Shown here: positions 24,463-35,415 of the stretch, piece after piece
Layout of the letters: every line of letters begins with the position of its first letter
Position numbering within the stretch: position 1 is the stretch's first letter
NCBI GenBank assembly: GCA_014905635.1
Contig: JABVCE010000021.1
Coordinates: 496,001 to 560,000, forward strand
From: Scenedesmus sp. PABB004
Taxonomy: Eukaryota
Length of the DNA: 64,000 bases
Direction of reading: 5' to 3'
The notes under the pieces: generated by a model
What the model was told of the DNA's origin: nothing
Databases searched by the model: none
Seen by the model: only the letters and a program-made list of their open reading frames with translations
Translations under genes and position numbers: made by a program

Positions 24463-25038
24463 CGCGCGCGCGCGGCGGCGGCGCGCGCGGCAGCAGCAGC
24501 GGGGCGGCAAGGCGGCCGACCACGCGTACGTGATCCACTGCAACAGCATCCGCCAGACGGCGCGCGTGGTGCACATGCGCGAGCTGCTGACCGAGGGCGG
24601 CGCCGGCGGCGGCCCGGAGGCGGCGGCGCAGCGCGTCGCGCCGAGCATCCGGGCGGCCGCCGCGCTGCTGCGCGAGGCGCGCGCCCGGGCCGGCAGCGGC
24701 AGCAGCAGCGCCGGCGGCAGCGGCGGCGGGGCGGGGGCGGCGGCGGCGGCGCGGGCGACGTCGGGAGCGTCGTGAGCGTGCGCTTCCGCTTCACGCACCG
24801 CCCCGAGTGGCTGCAGGCCGGCGCGCGCGTCATCGCGCGCGACCGCGGCGACGGGCACGTCGCCGCGGCGGGCGCCGTGACGGCGCTGCGCGATCCGCAC
24901 GGGGCGGCGATGTTGACGGTGGAGACTCGCGTGCCCGTCGCCGCGGCGGGCGCCGTGACGGCGCTGCGCGATCCGCACGGGGCGGCGATGTTGACGGTGG
25001 AGACGCGCGAGGGGGCGGCGGCGGTGGCGGCGCCGTGA
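21140..25038 (+). CDS. GTP-binding protein 1/2-like translational GTPase (divergent; apparent frameshift near 24765)
   Basis: EIETGNVEYK, TQMKFRLSEGGGEAFYYIGVEDDG, G1 VAGSLDAGKSTL, LDNRRGSAR...RHKHEIESGRTSSIS, G4 TKAD, VFAVSSVTGAGL, VIHCNSIRQTA and VRFRFTHRPEWL. Confidence 0.88.
24858..25004 (+). repeat. Perfect 69-nt direct repeat, period 78 nt, in the last coding exon
   Basis: cgtcgccgcggcgggcgccgtgacggcgctgcgcgatccgcacggggcggcgatgttgacggtggagac occurs at 24858-24926 and 24936-25004. Confidence 0.95.
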
Positions 25039-25501
25039 CGAGCGCGCCCTGCCCTGAAGAGGGACGTACAACAGCCTGACGACGAAGACGAACACACCAT
25101 TGTACAGTTTTGTGTGTACGAGCGCGCGGGTCGTCGAGCGCGGCCGTCTTGGCGGCGGCTTCGTTGACGTTGACGTGGGGGTGCAGGCGGTGGCTGGTCG
25201 GTGCGCGCGGCAACTGTGCACACACGCCACACGCCGCAGCCGCTCGGTGCCGCGCGGCAGCGGCCGGCGCAGCGCGGCAGCGGCGGCGGCAGCGGCGCCG
25301 GCCGCGCAATCCGCTCTCGCCCGCCGCCGCGCCGGCGGGGCGGTCCAGAGCGACCGATCGGACCCGGGGGCGGTCCCACCGAGCTCTCAATGACCTGCTC
25401 GAGGTTCAGGTTCAGCGCATGCGGGTCTCGCCCTTGGCCGCCGCCGGCCCCACGCGCGCCCTCTTTGGCTCCTGAGGGTCGCGGAGCAACAACTCGGCAC
25501 C

Positions 25502-27029
25502 ATGGGTGCGCCGCCGGGCGGCCGGGCGCCGCGGGGCGGCCGGGCGGCCGGCGGGGCGCCCGCCGCTCACGCTGGGCCCGCGCCCGCCGCGCAGGTATCA
25601 GCCGCGACAGCCTCCACAAGAGGCGCTCCACCGGCGGGCGCAAGAAGACCTGGCGCAAGAAGAAGAAGTGCGCGCCGGCGGGCTGATGGCGCGCCCGCGC
25701 GGCGCCGGCGCGGCGCCGGTCGCGCCGGCGCCGGGCCCGGGCGGCGCGTCGGGGCGGGCCGGAGGCGCGGGGCAGCCGCGGCGGGCGCGCGGAGCCCCCG
25801 GCGCTCACGGGCGGCCCGGGTGCCGATCCTGCCCGCAGGTATGAGCTCGGTCGCCAGCCCGCCAACACCAAGCTCTCCAGCAACGTGGCTGTGAGGAAGG
25901 TGCGCACCCGCGGCGGCAACTCCAAGTTCAGGGCGCTGCGCCTCGACCACGGCAACTACTCGTGGGGCTCGGAGGTGCGGCGGCGGCAGCAGCGGCGGCG
26001 CGCGGCGCGCCGGCCGCTGGCGGCGGGCGGCCACGCGGGGCCGCGCCGCGGCGGGGGCGGCGGCAGGAGGGGCAGCGCGCGCCCGCGCCGCGCGCCCGGG
26101 GCGCGCCGTCGCGCCGCCGACGGCTGGCGCGGCTGCTGCTGCTGCTCCTGGTGCTGCGCAGGCCATCACGCGCAAGACCCGCATCCTGGACGTGAACTAC
26201 AACGCCTCCAACAACGAGCTGGTGCGCAGCAGCGGCCGGAGCGCGCCCGGCGAGCGGCGGGGGCGGCAGCGGGCGACACGGCGCCGGCGGCAGCAGCGGC
26301 GGCGCGGCGCTGCCCGGCTGCTGCTCCCGCGTCGGCAGCTGCCGGTGCTGTCGTCAGCTCGAGCTTCTCAGCGTCAGCGTCGCCGAGTCGCTCCCCTGAC
26401 GTCAGCATCGGCAGCTGCCGGCGCGGGAGCTGCAGCAGCGCCGCGCCGCGGTCGCGCCGGCAGCGGCGGCGGCAGCGCCTGCGCCGCTCGGGCGGCCTCT
26501 CGGCCCGCGGCCCGCGCGCCCTCCGACCCCTCCGCGCTCCCTCCGCTGCCCCTCCTCCCCCCCAGGTGCGCACCCAGACGCTGGTGAAGAACGCGATCGT
26601 GCAGATCGACGCGGCGCCGTTCAAGCAGTGGTACCAGCAGCACTACGGCATCGAGCTCGGCCAGAAGAAGGGCCAGGAGAAGGAGGCGGAGGAGACCAAG
26701 GTGCGCGCCCGCAGCGGCGGCGCGGCGCGCGCGGAGCGGCGGCGCGCGGCGCGGCGCGGCGCGGGGCGGCGCACCCGCGGCGGGCTGCGCTGCGTCCCCC
26801 GGGGAGCGGCCAGCGCGGCGCGCGGCGCGCGGCGCGGCGCGGCGCCAGCGCGGGGGCCGCGTGACGAGCACACAAAGCTTCCATGACTCTGAGCGGCGCC
26901 GCGTCGCGGCCGCCGCGTCGGAAGACAGACAGACCACACACACTCTGACGGCCCGCGCCGGTCGCGGGGCGCCCCTGCGCGCCCCCGCGCCGCCAGCCTG
27001 GCGCTGCACCCTCCGTCCTCACCCCCGCC

Positions 27030-27063
<34 letters not shown>

Positions 27064-27423
27064 GGGCGCAGGGCTCCAACCACGTGCAGCGCAAGATGAA
27101 GGAGCGCGCGCGCACGCACAAGAAGGTCGACGCGCTGCTGGCTGACCAGTTTGTGGTCGGGCGCCTCTACGCCTGCATCTCGAGCCGCCCCGGCCAGTGC
27201 GGCCGCTGCGACGGCTTCATCCTGGAGGGCAAGGAGGTGCGGCGGCCGCCTCCTTGGGCTGCGCGCGGCAGCGGCGCGGCTGCGCGCGGGCCCGTGCGCC
27301 GATCGCGCGGGCCGCGGCCGACGCCCCTCCCCGTGCCGCCGCCGCCGCGCCCTCCTTGCCGCCGCGCAGCTGGAGTTTTACCTGAAGAAGATGCAGAAGA
27401 AGAAGTCCAAGGCCGCAGCCTAA
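25502..27423 (+). CDS. RPS8: 40S ribosomal protein S8
   Basis: [75 protein letters not shown] and [26 protein letters not shown]. Confidence 0.98.
26299..26449 (+). ncRNA. Long intronic stem-loop (pre-miRNA-like) in an RPS8 intron
   Basis: Arms gctcccgcgtcggcagctgccggtgctgtcgtcag (26323-26357) and ctgacgtcagcatcggcagctgccggcgcgggagc (26396-26430) are near-perfect reverse complements; pairing extends out to 26299/26449. Confidence 0.5.
26854..26954 (+). ncRNA. Box C/D snoRNA in an RPS8 intron
   Basis: Terminal stem gggccg (26854-59) / cggccc (26949-54); C-like box GTGACGA at 26861; D' CTGA at 26889; D CTGA at 26945; an A/C-rich island in a GC-rich intron; rRNA-antisense-like element gcttccatgact just before D'. 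Confidence 0.75.
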
Positions 27424-27778
27424 AGCCCTGCCGCCACCACAGGCCGGACGCAGCGGCGACCGCGCGCGCGCGCGCGGGGCCGCGGCCGCCCCGCTAGCGC
27501 GCTAGCAGATGGGGCGCCGCGGCGCGCGCGCGCTGGCGGCCTCCTGCGCTTCTCCGAGGTAACTCCGCCAGGTCCCCTGCTCGCCCTTGCCCGGCCGCCT
27601 GCGCGCGGGCTAAAAGAGAGATCTCATCGCTGGCCGCAGTCGGACCGCAGCAGCAACTCTGCCCCCGCCCCCCTTGCGGCTGGGGACTGGTCAGCCGCGA
27701 GATCGCGCGGCGCGTGCCGGCAGCAGCTGCGCGCTGAGGGGCTCGCGGTGGTGCGGGCGGGCCGGGCGCCGCCCTTGC

Positions 27779-27783
27779 TTACA
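27779..27783 (-). terminator. TGTAA polyadenylation signal (LHCA gene)
   Basis: UGUAA downstream of the stop at 28115. Confidence 0.6.
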
Positions 27784-28114
27784 CAGCGCGAGCGAGCCTG
27801 CGCGGCGCTGGCCGCCACTCCGCCCTCGCTAGAGACACCAACCGCGCGGGCGCCACGCGAGAGCCACCTGCACACCTAAACCGCACACGCGCACTGCGTG
27901 AAAAAGCCGCGCCGGTCGGCGCGGCGCGCGCGCCGCGGGGGCGCGCGCGCCGGCCGCCAGCCGTGCGGCCGCAGCAGGAGCGCGCGCAGCGCTCCTGCTG
28001 ACCCGGCCGTGGACGCCGCGCGCGCGCGCGGGCGCTGCCCGCCCGCCGCGCGCGCGCCCCCTCGCGCCGGGGTGCCCCCTCCCCGCCACCCAGCAGCAAC
28101 ACTCGGCCGGCCGC

Positions 28115-28823
28115 TCACAGGTGGATGGGGATGGAGATGCCGCTGCGGGCGGCGGGCGCGCGGGCGGGCGGGGCGGGGGCGGGCGCAGCGCGTGAGCGAC
28201 CGCGGCGGCGCGGCTGCTCCCGGCGGCGCGGCTGCTCCCGGCGGCGGCGCGGCGCTGCGCGCTGCGCGGTGCGCTCACTTGTCGACGAAGGTCGTCTTCA
28301 GGGGCGCGGCGAGGTGGTCGGCCAGGTTGTCGAGCGGGCCCTTGCCCGTCGCGCCGTACTGCGCGGCAAAGCCGAGGCACGCGAGCATCGCGAGACGGCC
28401 GTTCTTGATCTCCTTCAGCTTCAGGTCCTTGGTCTTGGCCTCGGACTCGCTGCGCGGCGGCGGCGGCGGCGCGGCGCGCGGCGACGCGTGGGCACGTGTG
28501 CGCGGCGGCGGCCGCCGGCGGCTGCCGCAGGCTGCTGCACACCCCCCGTCTGCAGCCCCGGCCGCGCCGCCGGCGCCGCGCGCTCACTTGCACATGCCCA
28601 TGGGGTCAAACGGCCCGCCGGGGTAGCCGTTGTCGGTGCCCTTGAAGCTCGCCTCAAAGCCCAGGAAGCTGCCCGCCTCGGACTGGCTGCCGGGCTTCAG
28701 GAAGTCCATCCAGCGCTTGCCCTCCACAAAGCCGCACATGAACAGCTGCACCGCCAGCAGCGGGCCTGCGGGGCCGGACCGGCGCGGCGCGGCGCGGCAC
28801 GGTCGGCGCGGGCGCGGGCGCGG

Positions 28824-28876
<53 letters not shown>

Positions 28877-29793
28877 GCGCCGAGGCGGCGGCCCAGCGGC
28901 GGCTGCGCGCGGCGCGGCTGCGGCGCGCACCGAGGGCGATGCCGGTCTGCTCGGCGGAGACCTTGCCGGCCTCGTACCACTCCGGCACGTTGAGCACGCC
29001 GGCCTTGGTCAGCAGCTGCGGGCGCCGCGGGCGCGCGCACGCGTGAGCTCGCCGCTGTGCTGCGCGACTGCTGGCCCGGCCGCGCGCCCGGTGCGCTGCG
29101 CAGCTGGCTGGGGCCGCCCGGCCCCGGCGCGCCGTCGCCGCTCGGCTCGGCCGCCCGCAGCTCGCGGGCGCGCGCCACGCCGGCCGCTGCTCACCCCCGG
29201 GATGAGGATGCCGGCCACGGCGGTCATCGCCGTGCGGCCGTGCACCAGCTCAGCCTGCTGGTACCAGCGCAGCGCCTGGGGGTCCTTGCCCAGGTTCTGC
29301 GGACACGCGCGGCGGCGGCAGCGCGCGCGTCAGCGGGCGCGCCGCCCGCCGCCGGCCGCCTGCCGCCGCGCCGCCGGTCGCCCGCGCCGCCCGCGCACCA
29401 GCGGGTCGAAGCCAAAGTCGCCGGCCAGCCTGCGGGCGGGCGGACGGGCGCCGGCGTGGGCGGGCCGCAGCTGCGCGGGCCCAGATCGCGCCGCGCGCGC
29501 CGCTGCGCCGCGCTGCCGCCGCCGGCGCCGCCGGCGCTCGCGGGCGCGGGCCCGGCTGCCTGGAGGCGGGGTTACTCACTCGCCCTTCAGGTGAGCAGGC
29601 ACGGTCGCGCCGGGCATCCACAGCGGGCGCGCGGCAGCGTTGCACGCCACCTGCGGATGCGCGCGCCGGGGCGGCCTCAGGCCGGCCCTGCCGGCCCCGC
29701 GCCGGCCGGGCACGCCCTCCCGCCTCCCCCGCGCACCTGGCCGCGCGTGGCGGTGCGCCCGAAGGCGCGGGTCTGCTTCAGCGCGAGGGCCAT
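28115..29793 (-). CDS. LHCA8: Photosystem I light-harvesting chlorophyll a/b protein, Lhca8-like
   Basis: [88 protein letters not shown]; last exon N|GISIPIHL*. The family call is secure; the paralog assignment is by recall. Confidence 0.9.
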
Positions 29794-30238
29794 CTTGCTG
29801 CTGCGGCTGGCACGGGCTGGGCGGGGAGACGGCGGTGGTGCTCGGCTCAGCGGGGCGCGGGCGGCGGGGCAGAGGTGAGGCGCGGTCGATCGAGATGCAC
29901 ATTCAGCAACCCTAAACCTCAGCCGGGCAAATCGAGCCTCTGGGTCCCCCCAGGCCCTGCCCGCCCTGCGTTCGCTGGCGCGCGCGGTGCTCTGCTCTCG
30001 CGGCGGGCGGGCGGGCGGACGCTCAGCGGCGGCGGCGGCGGCGCGCTGCGGGCGGGCGCGGCGCCGCCGGCGCGCAGCGCGAGGGCGCAAGCTGACGCCC
30101 GTTTCGCCCTTGTCCCTTGTCGCGCCCCCGCACCTGCGCCTCCCGCCCAGCGCGCCGCCCCCGCACGAGCGCACGCACACGCACGCGGCCGCACACGCGC
30201 GGCGCCGCTGCCAGCTACCGGCGCGCCGCCGCCGGGCC

Positions 30239-31035
30239 ATGCTGGCGCGCCGGCTGCCGTCCGTCTCAGCAGCTCTCACACGCCGCGTCGCGCCCGGTTT
30301 CAGCGCGGCCCGGCCGCGGCCCCAGCAGCGCGGCGCGGTGGTGGCCATGTCCAGCGAGGCGGACGCCGCCGCCAAGGCGGCCAGGTGCGCGTCTGGGGTG
30401 GCGACTGGCGTATCATGACGACCGCGATCAGGCTCCCCCCGCGACGGCGACGGCTGGCGGGCGGCGGCTGCGGCGCTGCGGCGCCGGAGCAGCGGATCAC
30501 TTTGCTGCCGCGCCGCGACCGCCGCCGGGTCCCGCGCCGCCCTCAGCCTGGCGGACAGCGACGGCCCCACGCTGTTCGACAAGATCGTGGCCAAGCAGAT
30601 TCCCGCGGCCATCATCTACGAGGACGACCAGGCGCTCGCGTTCCGCGACATCAGCCCCCAGGCGCGCCGCCGCCGCAGCAGCCGCGGCCGGCAGCCCTCC
30701 GCCCCTGGGCAGGAGGAGGACGCCCCCGCGCGCCGGGCGCAGCTGCCTGCGGCGGCGCGCGCGCCGCGCGCGACCAGGCGGGCCCCGACCACGCCGCCGC
30801 GCGCGGCGCGCGCCGCCGACGCCCGCGCGCGCAGGCGCCGACGCACTTCCTGGTCATTCCCAAGGATCGGGACGGGCTCACGCGGCTGTCCAAGATGGAG
30901 GACCGCCACAAGGCGCTCGTGGGGCACCTCATGTACGTCGCGCAGCACGTCGCCAAGCAGGGTGCGACCGCGCGCGCACGCCTGCATAGGGCTCGCCGCG
31001 CCCGCGCCCGCGCCCGCCTCGGCCCACGCGAATGC

Positions 31036-31091
<56 letters not shown>

Positions 31092-31350
31092 TGTGCCGCC
31101 GCGGCAGAGGGCCTGCTGCCCGGCTTCCGCGTGGTCATTAATGACGGCCCCGACGCATGTGCGCGCGCGCCGCGGCCGGCGCGCGGCGCCTGCACGCAGC
31201 TGCTGCGCCCGCGCCCGGCGCGGCCCGTCGACGGCGCGCCCGCGCCGCCGCCGCCCCCGGCCCGCCGCTGCTGTCGCCGCAGGCCAGTCGGTGTACCACC
31301 TTCACCTCCACGTCATGGGTGGCCGCCAGCTGACCTGGCCGCCGGGGTGA
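30239..31350 (+). CDS. Histidine triad nucleotide-binding protein (HINT) with N-terminal targeting peptide
   Basis: [76 protein letters not shown] (HxHxH triad). Confidence 0.95.
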
Positions 31351-31566
31351 GCGCTGGCCTGGTCGCCAGGGCGAGACCGCCCGCGCGCAGGAGCGGCGCG
31401 GCGGGCGCGGGGGCGGGTCGGAGCGAGTCGGTGACGCAAATCGGTGGCGCGTTGCTTGCGATGCACGGCAGGCACAGGCAGGGCTGGGCCCACGGCAGCG
31501 GGTAAACGAGCCGGCGCGACGGTTACGCGCACGGCGGCATGCGCGCCGCGCCCGTCCCCGGCGCCG

Positions 31567-33683
31567 TCATTGACTACTGCCCTCGCCCGGCTGCTGCGCC
31601 TGCGCCGGCTTGCCCGTGCGCCGCTTGAACGCGATGGTCACGCCGCCGCCGGCGCCGGCCTCGGCCGCGCCCAGCGCGACGCCGATGCCCTGCCACGGCC
31701 CCGCGCCCGCCGCCCTGCCGGCGTAGTACAGCCGCCAGCGCCCGCCGCTCATCGCCACGCCGCACGGCGCGCCGACGCCGCCGGCGTCCCACGCGCCGCG
31801 CGGCGCCGCCGGCGCGAGCGCGGGCGCGTCGGCGCGCCGCCAGCCGGCCTTGCCGTCGGCGGACGTCGCCAGGCCGATGCTGCGCGCGCCGTCGGGGCCG
31901 ACGGCCTCGTAGAACATCAAATACTGCTTGCTGTCGGGGTCGCGCACCTGGATTCGAGTTTGAGTGACGTTGCGCGCGGCGGCCGGGGCGGGGCACGGAG
32001 GCGGGGTTGGCGCTCCGCCGGCGCGGCGGCAGAGGCAGCCGCAGAGGCAGAGGCGCGCGCGCGGACCCCGGGCGGCGCCCCCAGCCCCGCGCCGCCGCTT
32101 GACTCACCACCTGGCACGCGGCCGCGCCGCCGCCGTCGTACGCGCCCGCCGGGCCGCCCTCAAACACCGGCCCCTGCTTGGCCCAGGTGAAGCCGTCGCA
32201 GCTGGTGGCGAGACCGACCTTGAACTTGCCTGCGCACACGCACGCGCACGCGCCGCGGCGGGCGGGCGGACAGCAGGCGGGCGGCGGCTCGGCGGCGCGG
32301 CGCTGCAAGCTGGCGGGCGCGCGGTGGCTGCCTGGGCGGCACGGCGCGGCGCGGCGCGGCGCGGCGCGGCCGCGTGGTCCCCACCCGCGGCCGCGTCGAA
32401 CGAGTGATAGTACATTCGCATGTCGCGCGGCCCCGCGTTGAGCACCTGCGCGCCGCGACGCACAGCGCCACGTCGCCGGCGGCGGCGGCGGTCGGCGGCG
32501 CGGCAGGGGCGCGGCGGCGCGGCGCGCCGCTGGCGGCCCGGCGCGGCGCGCCGCCCGTCCGGCGCGCCTGTGGGTGGCCAATGAAGGCAGCGTCCCACTC
32601 GCCCGCCGCGCCCACGTCAAACAGCGCGCCGGTGTGGTGGTCCGCCTCGATGCGCGCCCAGTTGCGGCCGTCCTGCAAGGCGGGGCATTCAGCGGCGCGG
32701 TCGGACCGCCGCGCCGCGCGTGCGCCGCGCGAGCTAGCGCGCGAGGGCGCGCGCCCGCGCGCCGCCGTCGCACCTGGCTCATCGCGAGCCCCGGCCGCAG
32801 GCGCAGGCCCTCCACCGGCGCGCCCGGCTCCGCGCCGGGCAGGCCCGGCGGCGCGGGGACGGGCTCAAAGTCGCCGCCAGAATAAAACATCCAGTACACG
32901 CCCACGCCGCTGCTCACGCTGCTGTTGGACAGCACCTGCACGTCCGAGACCGCCAGGTGGTGCGTGTCGAGCGTCCACCAGTTGTCGGGGTTGGGGCCCA
33001 GCACGATGCCGACGTCGCCCGCCTGCTCCGCGCCGCGGTGCCCCTCGACGAGGCCGTCGCCGCGCGCCCAGGCGATGCCGTCGCGCGACACCGCGACGCC
33101 TGCGCCGCGCGGCACGGACCGGTGGCGCACCCGTCGACGCGCCCGCGCCCGCGCGCCGACCGGGGCGGCGGCGGCGCGCAGCGCCGCGCCCCGCGCCGCG
33201 CGCCGCCCGCCTGCCCGCGCACCGATGCTGCCCGAGCCCGGCGCGACGCCGGAGAGGCCGGGCAGGTGGCGGTCGGCGCCGCTGTACCACATGTACCAGC
33301 GCTGCTCGTTGTCGCCCACGTAGCAGCGCACCTGCGCGCGCGGAGAGCGGGCGCGAGCTCGCGGCGCCGCCACCGCCCGCCGCCGCGTGGTACGCCACAG
33401 CGCATGCCTGCCGCGCGTCGCTCACCACCGGGTTGCCCACCGCGGCGGCGTCCCACGCTCCCGGGCCGCCCAGGCCGAACACCAGGCCCTCGGCGGCGGC
33501 CACCTCCGTCGCGGCGGCGCCCGAGCAGGAGATCTGCGCCGGCCGTAGCAGCGGCAGCGGCGCCGCCGTCGTGGGGCCCAATTGCCCCGCCGGCCGCTGT
33601 GCGCCTGCGGGAGGTCCATGCGCGAGCAACGCGGCCCCGCACCTTGCTCGACACGCGCCGTGCGCGAGGCAGTGCGCGGGCAT
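31567..33683 (-). CDS. Five-bladed beta-propeller glycoside-hydrolase-like protein (arabinanase/levansucrase/invertase superfamily), probably plastid-targeted
   Basis: Repeated blades: [110 protein letters not shown]. Confidence 0.8.
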
Positions 33684-34010
33684 CGCGGAGCGTCCCGCCC
33701 ACACGCGCGCCCTGGCGCAGCGGCTGCTGCGCCGCGACCCGCATGGCGACGCGCGTGCAGCGAGCGAGCGATCTGGGGCGCCCTGGCGCGTTCGAGCCGC
33801 GCTGGCGCTGCCGCCGCTGCTGCCTGCGCTGTCGCTCGGGGGCAGCAAACGCACGTTTCCTGCTGAGCAGCGCCGCTGCGTGTGCTTCCGTCAGCGTTTG
33901 GGCCAGGAACGTGCCGGGCCGAGCAAGCCGCGCCCGGCGCGGCTCGGCACACGCCAGTCGTCGTTCCGTTTTTTCCCGCGCGCACGGCTCACGCCCTCTC
34001 GACGCCGGCC

Positions 34011-35240
34011 TCACTCGTACACCCAGGCGCACGTCGTGGGCGTGTAGTCGGCCAGCTCCTCGGCCTTGAACCACAGCGCGATTTCGCGCGCCGCCGACTG
34101 CGCGCGCGCGCGCGCGGGCCAGGGCCGCGTCGGCGGCCGGCGCGCCTGCCACGCCGCGCAGCGCGCGCCGCGCGGCGCGCCGCGCCGTCACCTCGACCGA
34201 GTCCGAGCCGTGGATGATGTTGCGCCCGGTGTCGATCGCCAGGTCGCCCCGGATCGTGCCGAGCGGCGAGGCGAGCGGGTTTGTCGCGCCGATCATCGCG
34301 CGCCCCGTCTTGACCACCTCCTTGCCCTCCCACACCCTGCGCGCGCGCGCGCGCGCGCGCGGCGTGACGCTGACGGGCCGCGGCGCGCCGCGCAAAAGCA
34401 CATGCGCAGGGCGGGCGGGCGCGGCGGTCCACGTCGCCGCGGCGACGCTTGCTCACATCGCGACAACGGGCCCCGAGCTGAGGAAGTTGACGAGCTTGGG
34501 AAAGAAGGGCTTGCCCGCGTGCTCGGCGTAGTGCCGCTCGGCCAGCGCCTGCGCGGCCGTGCCGCCGCCGCGCGCTGAGCTGCCGCGCGCGGCCGTGGCG
34601 CCCGCGGCGCGCCGGTGCCCGCGCCGACGCCGGCCGTGCCGCGCCGCGCCGCACCTGCGTCGGCACGAGCACCTTGATGCCGACGAGCTTGTAGCCCTTG
34701 CGCTCAAACCTGCGGCGCGGCGCCGCACGGCCCGGCGGCGGACTCGGGCGCGCCACGCCGCGCGCCGCCGCGCGGGGCCCGCGCGCGGAGCCGCTGGGCC
34801 CCGCCCGCCCGCGCGCGCGCGTACCGTCCGATGATCTCCGCGATGAGGCCGCGCTGCACGCCGTCGGGCTTGACCATGATGAAGCTCAGCTCCTCGCGCG
34901 CCAGCGGCTCCGCAAGCGCGGCCGGCGCGGCAAAGCCGAGCCACGCGGCGCCCGCGACGACGACCGCCATCGCCGCGCCGAGCCCCGGCTTGCCGCCGCC
35001 GCCGCCGCCGCCCAGCCGCCCTGCGGCGGCGGCGGAGTGCAGGCCGCACGCGGCGCCGCGCGCGCCTGCGGCGCCGGCGGCGGCGGCGGCGGCGCGGGTG
35101 GGCGGCAGCGGCGCGGCAGCGGCGCGGCAGCGGCGCCGCCAAGCGGAGGGCTTCTGGGCTTGCTGCGCCGCTCGCTGGAGCTCACCCTGCTGCGACAGCG
35201 CGCGTGCCGCGCGCAGCAGCCGGCTGCCGGAGCGCCACAT
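34011..35240 (-). CDS. Nucleoside diphosphate kinase, organellar (NDPK3-like)
   Basis: [73 protein letters not shown] and WVYE*; mitochondrial-type presequence with a hydrophobic segment. Confidence 0.95.
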
Positions 35241-35415
35241 CGCGGCGGCGTGCTCGGCGCTCGCAGATCAATCTGCCGCCGCCGCGCTGGCGCCGGCTGC
35301 CACAGGCCGCGCGGGAGGCACGCTGCCGCTCGAGGTGAGCTCGGAGCTGCCGGGGGCGCTGCGGGAGCGGCGCGCCGGGCTCCCGCTCTTCACACACAGC
35401 CCCAGCGCTGAGCCC

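Noticed and set aside
25035..25080. GTGACGA...CTGA...CTGA after the GTPBP-like stop as a second C/D snoRNA
   Set aside because: It is too short, overlaps the stop codon, has no convincing terminal stem and no recognisable rRNA antisense element; most likely 3' UTR.
28275..28277. LHCA ending at ...TTFVDK* (TGA at 28275)
   Set aside because: That TGA is part of a GTGAGC donor. Splicing to 28142 gives the family-typical NGISIPIHL* end.
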